Source: an uncultured Spirochaetota bacterium (lineage in GTDB: Bacteria > Spirochaetota > Brevinematia > Brevinematales > JAOACQ01). Taken from it: 64,000 bases of DNA. Under the pieces are notes generated by a model. It saw only the letters and a list, made by a program, of their open reading frames with translations. It had not been told where the DNA came from and made no database searches. The position numbers and the translations under genes were made by a program. Location: NCBI GenBank assembly GCA_963783575.1, contig CAWAOD010000009.1, positions 192,001-256,000 of the forward strand. Reading direction: 5' to 3'. Below are positions 61,811 to 64,000 of the stretch, piece by piece (positions within the stretch are counted from its first letter, which is position 1; each line of letters starts with the position of its first letter).

Positions 61811-62730
61811 CTATTTCGCCCCAGCTGACTTCAAAAGATTATAAAAATATGCCTTATTATTACCCTCTTCAAATAAATCATAATCCATTGACAAAGCAGT
61901 TCTGCCGTTATTATCCTTCCCGTTAATATCGGCCCCGGCCGTTATTAATCCTTTAACCGCGTTCGTTTGAAAGTAACACAAAGCTTTCATCAATGCTGTG
62001 ATGCCATATTTATCCGCCGCATTAACCCTGGCCCCTGCCGTGATCAGTTCTTTGACTGCGGCTTCCAGTTCTTTCTGCGGAATTTGTTTTTCATTTTGCA
62101 CAGCTTTCATTAAGGCTGTTTCGCCCTCATTATTTGTCGCGTTGATATCGGCCTTTACCTTGATCAATTCTGTTACCGCGTTTCTTTGACCAAAATCGAC
62201 CGCTATCATCAAAGCAGTATTTCCTTTCTTATTGGCCTCATTGACTTTTGCCCCTGCCGCAATCAATGCTTTAATCAAATATATCTGTACTTCCTGTGAT
62301 TTATTCAAATTATTCTGGGCCGCAAGCATCAAAACTGTCCAACCGTTGTTATTTGCCGCATTTACTTCTGCTTTTGTCTCAATCAGCGCATTTACCGTAT
62401 CAGTTTGACTTAAATTTACAGCTTTCATCAAAGCAGTATAGCCATCCTTATCCGCAATGCTGACTTCAGTCCCTGCCGCAATTAACGCTTTAACCGCTTT
62501 GGTTTTTTCATACTCCACGAGATCATCAATGCTGTTTCTTTATCATATTCATATAATTGGTTAAGATTTCCTTTGTAGTGTTTAATAAACCAGACGTCGC
62601 CTTTTCTGGCCGCGTCATATAAATCAGCGGTACAAGAAGAAAATAGGGTTAAGGCTGAGATAGAGATCAAAATCACAATAATAAAATATTTATTAATAAA
62701 AAACACTCCATTAATATTACAGGTATTCAA
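61811..62730 (-). CDS. Ankyrin repeat lipoprotein (split by -1 frameshift at about 62519)
   Basis: Signal and lipobox FSSC plus cap in 62482..62730 join 61811..62518 as ETALMI(S)-VEYEK on adding one base. Exact start is uncertain. Confidence 0.8.
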
Positions 62731-62772
62731 TTTGATCCTGATTGATTCTACAAAATGATCCTTGTTCCGTAT

Positions 62773-64000
62773 TTATTTTTTCAAATAGACATCAACAATC
62801 CAGCCCTTCAAGGTCCCGCCTTTTCCGTCAGGGTCGCCTGTGTCGATGTAAACCCAGGATCCATTTTTACCGCCCGCGCTGAAAGCGTTATTTGACCGGT
62901 TTATCAGGCTAACCTTTGCGCCCCGGCTTAAAGTCAGCAGCACCTGGCTGTTCGTACCGGAGCCGGACCTGACGCGGATATTATCCCCTGTTATCGTATA
63001 TAAATCCATATTAGAATCTTTTTTCATTTTTCCCTGGCTTAAAAGTTTGATGATGTAAATTTTGACAGGGTCGTTATCCGCCGGGGGATATTGAACCCCT
63101 GAACCGATATAATCCCTTGCCGTCAAGCCTTTATGATCTTTTACGCCGGGATTGGCCCCAGCCCCAATTAATAATTCAATATCGTTTGTTTCCACTTGCG
63201 CTGCCGCTGCCATTAAAGCCGTTTTACCTTCATCATTCGTTACGTTAACATCAGCACCGTTTTTAATCAATACATCCATTACATTTTTTTTACCCACCGC
63301 GCTGAACAAAGCTGTAAAACCATCACCAGTTTTTGCATTGACATCGGCCCCCGCAGCAATTAAAGCTTTTACCGTCTCCGGATGGCTGTTTTGGGCCGAT
63401 AACATCAAAACTGTAGTACCTTGTTTATCGCATGTATTGACATCTGCCCCTGCCGCGATCAAAACTCTCACCGCGTCCTGCTGGTTTTTTTCATCCGCGA
63501 ATACCAGGGCCGAATCACCGTAATTTTTATCCTTCGCATTGAGATCGGCATCCGCTTCGATCAGGGCTTTAAGCGCGTTAGTATTGCCGTTTTGAGCCGC
63601 TAGCATAAGCGCAGTCATACTGTCTTTATTGACCGCGTTGATATCGGCACCTAGCGTTGTCCAGACTTTGATCGCGTTCGTGTCGTCTTTTTCTGCAGCT
63701 TCAAACAATAAAATCCTGAATTTTTCCTTAACCGCAGCATCCACCTTCGCACCCGCCGCGATCAATACCTGAACCGCGTCGGCCTTTCCGCTATTGGCCG
63801 CTATCGTTAAAGCAGTATTTCCATGTTTATCTTCCATTGTTATATCAGCATTCGCCGATAATAATTCTTTCACTGCCTCTTTACTGCAGTTTCTGGAGGC
63901 ATACATCAAAGCTGTCCATCCATCTGTCTTGTTTTTCGTGTTGACATCGGCATGAGCGTTAATCAACGCTTTCAGCAAAACCGGTTCCGGTATGCTTTGA
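62773..64000 (-). CDS. Ankyrin repeat protein with C-terminal bacterial SH3 domain (5' end beyond window)
   Basis: Frame is open to 64000. Ankyrin repeats, then ITGDNIRVRSG...WVYI...GWIVDVYL (SH3b pattern). Confidence 0.88.
   Translation of the reverse strand, partial: QSIPEPVLLKALINAHADVNTKNKTDGWTALMYASRNCSKEAVKELLSANADITMEDKHGNTALTIAANSGKADAVQVLIAAGAKVDAAVKEKFRILLFEAAEKDDTNAIKVWTTLGADINAVNKDSMTALMLAAQNGNTNALKALIEADADLNAKDKNYGDSALVFADEKNQQDAVRVLIAAGADVNTCDKQGTTVLMLSAQNSHPETVKALIAAGADVNAKTGDGFTALFSAVGKKNVMDVLIKNGADVNVTNDEGKTALMAAAAQVETNDIELLIGAGANPGVKDHKGLTARDYIGSGVQYPPADNDPVKIYIIKLLSQGKMKKDSNMDLYTITGDNIRVRSGSGTNSQVLLTLSRGAKVSLINRSNNAFSAGGKNGSWVYIDTGDPDGKGGTLKGWIVDVYLKK

Noticed and set aside
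56273..63603. Plus-strand ORFs with repeated SALLTSAPASI-like motifs
   Set aside because: Antisense shadows of the ankyrin repeats.

Overview
AT-rich bacterial chromosomal window, probably from an LPS-producing spirochaete (inferred from the M23-peptidase/bactofilin pair, lpxA/B/C, PilZ/STAS/SpoIIE proteins and the style of the secreted proteins; not verified). 1-6.7 kb is a signalling/biosynthesis locus. One arm carries a BioF2-like GNAT-PilZ gene, a V4R-type-sensor histidine kinase and a response regulator. The divergent arm carries a stand-alone PilZ gene and a PLP-dependent alpha-oxoamine synthase, followed by a convergent second receiver protein. The shared intergenic region has tandem consensus promoters and a repeat-structured leader. 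This is the best candidate for an undescribed lipid/aminoketone signalling circuit under c-di-GMP control. 6.8-29 kb holds carboxy(nor)spermidine genes, an aldo/keto reductase, lemA-TPM-TPM, an outer-membrane protein with a BspA-like LRR lipoprotein, a MarR-ABC-ABC-MFP efflux operon, murB, a SpoIIE phosphatase, hydrolases and a repeat-flanked DUF4258/DUF2283 toxin-antitoxin pair. 29-49.4 kb is an intact housekeeping block (rplM, rpsI, tsaC, lpxC/B/A, ruvX, tatD, dtd, dnaE, smpB, cinA, purH). 49.5-64 kb is an accessory island with a decayed PIN toxin-antitoxin pair, a secreted FGE-domain protein and a duplicated array of exported ankyrin proteins interleaved with paralogous membrane proteins. 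About nine single-base frameshifts split genes, all outside the housekeeping block; many may be sequencing errors. I found no rRNA, tRNA, CRISPR array, transposase or integrase. Family assignments come from motif recognition, not database searches.
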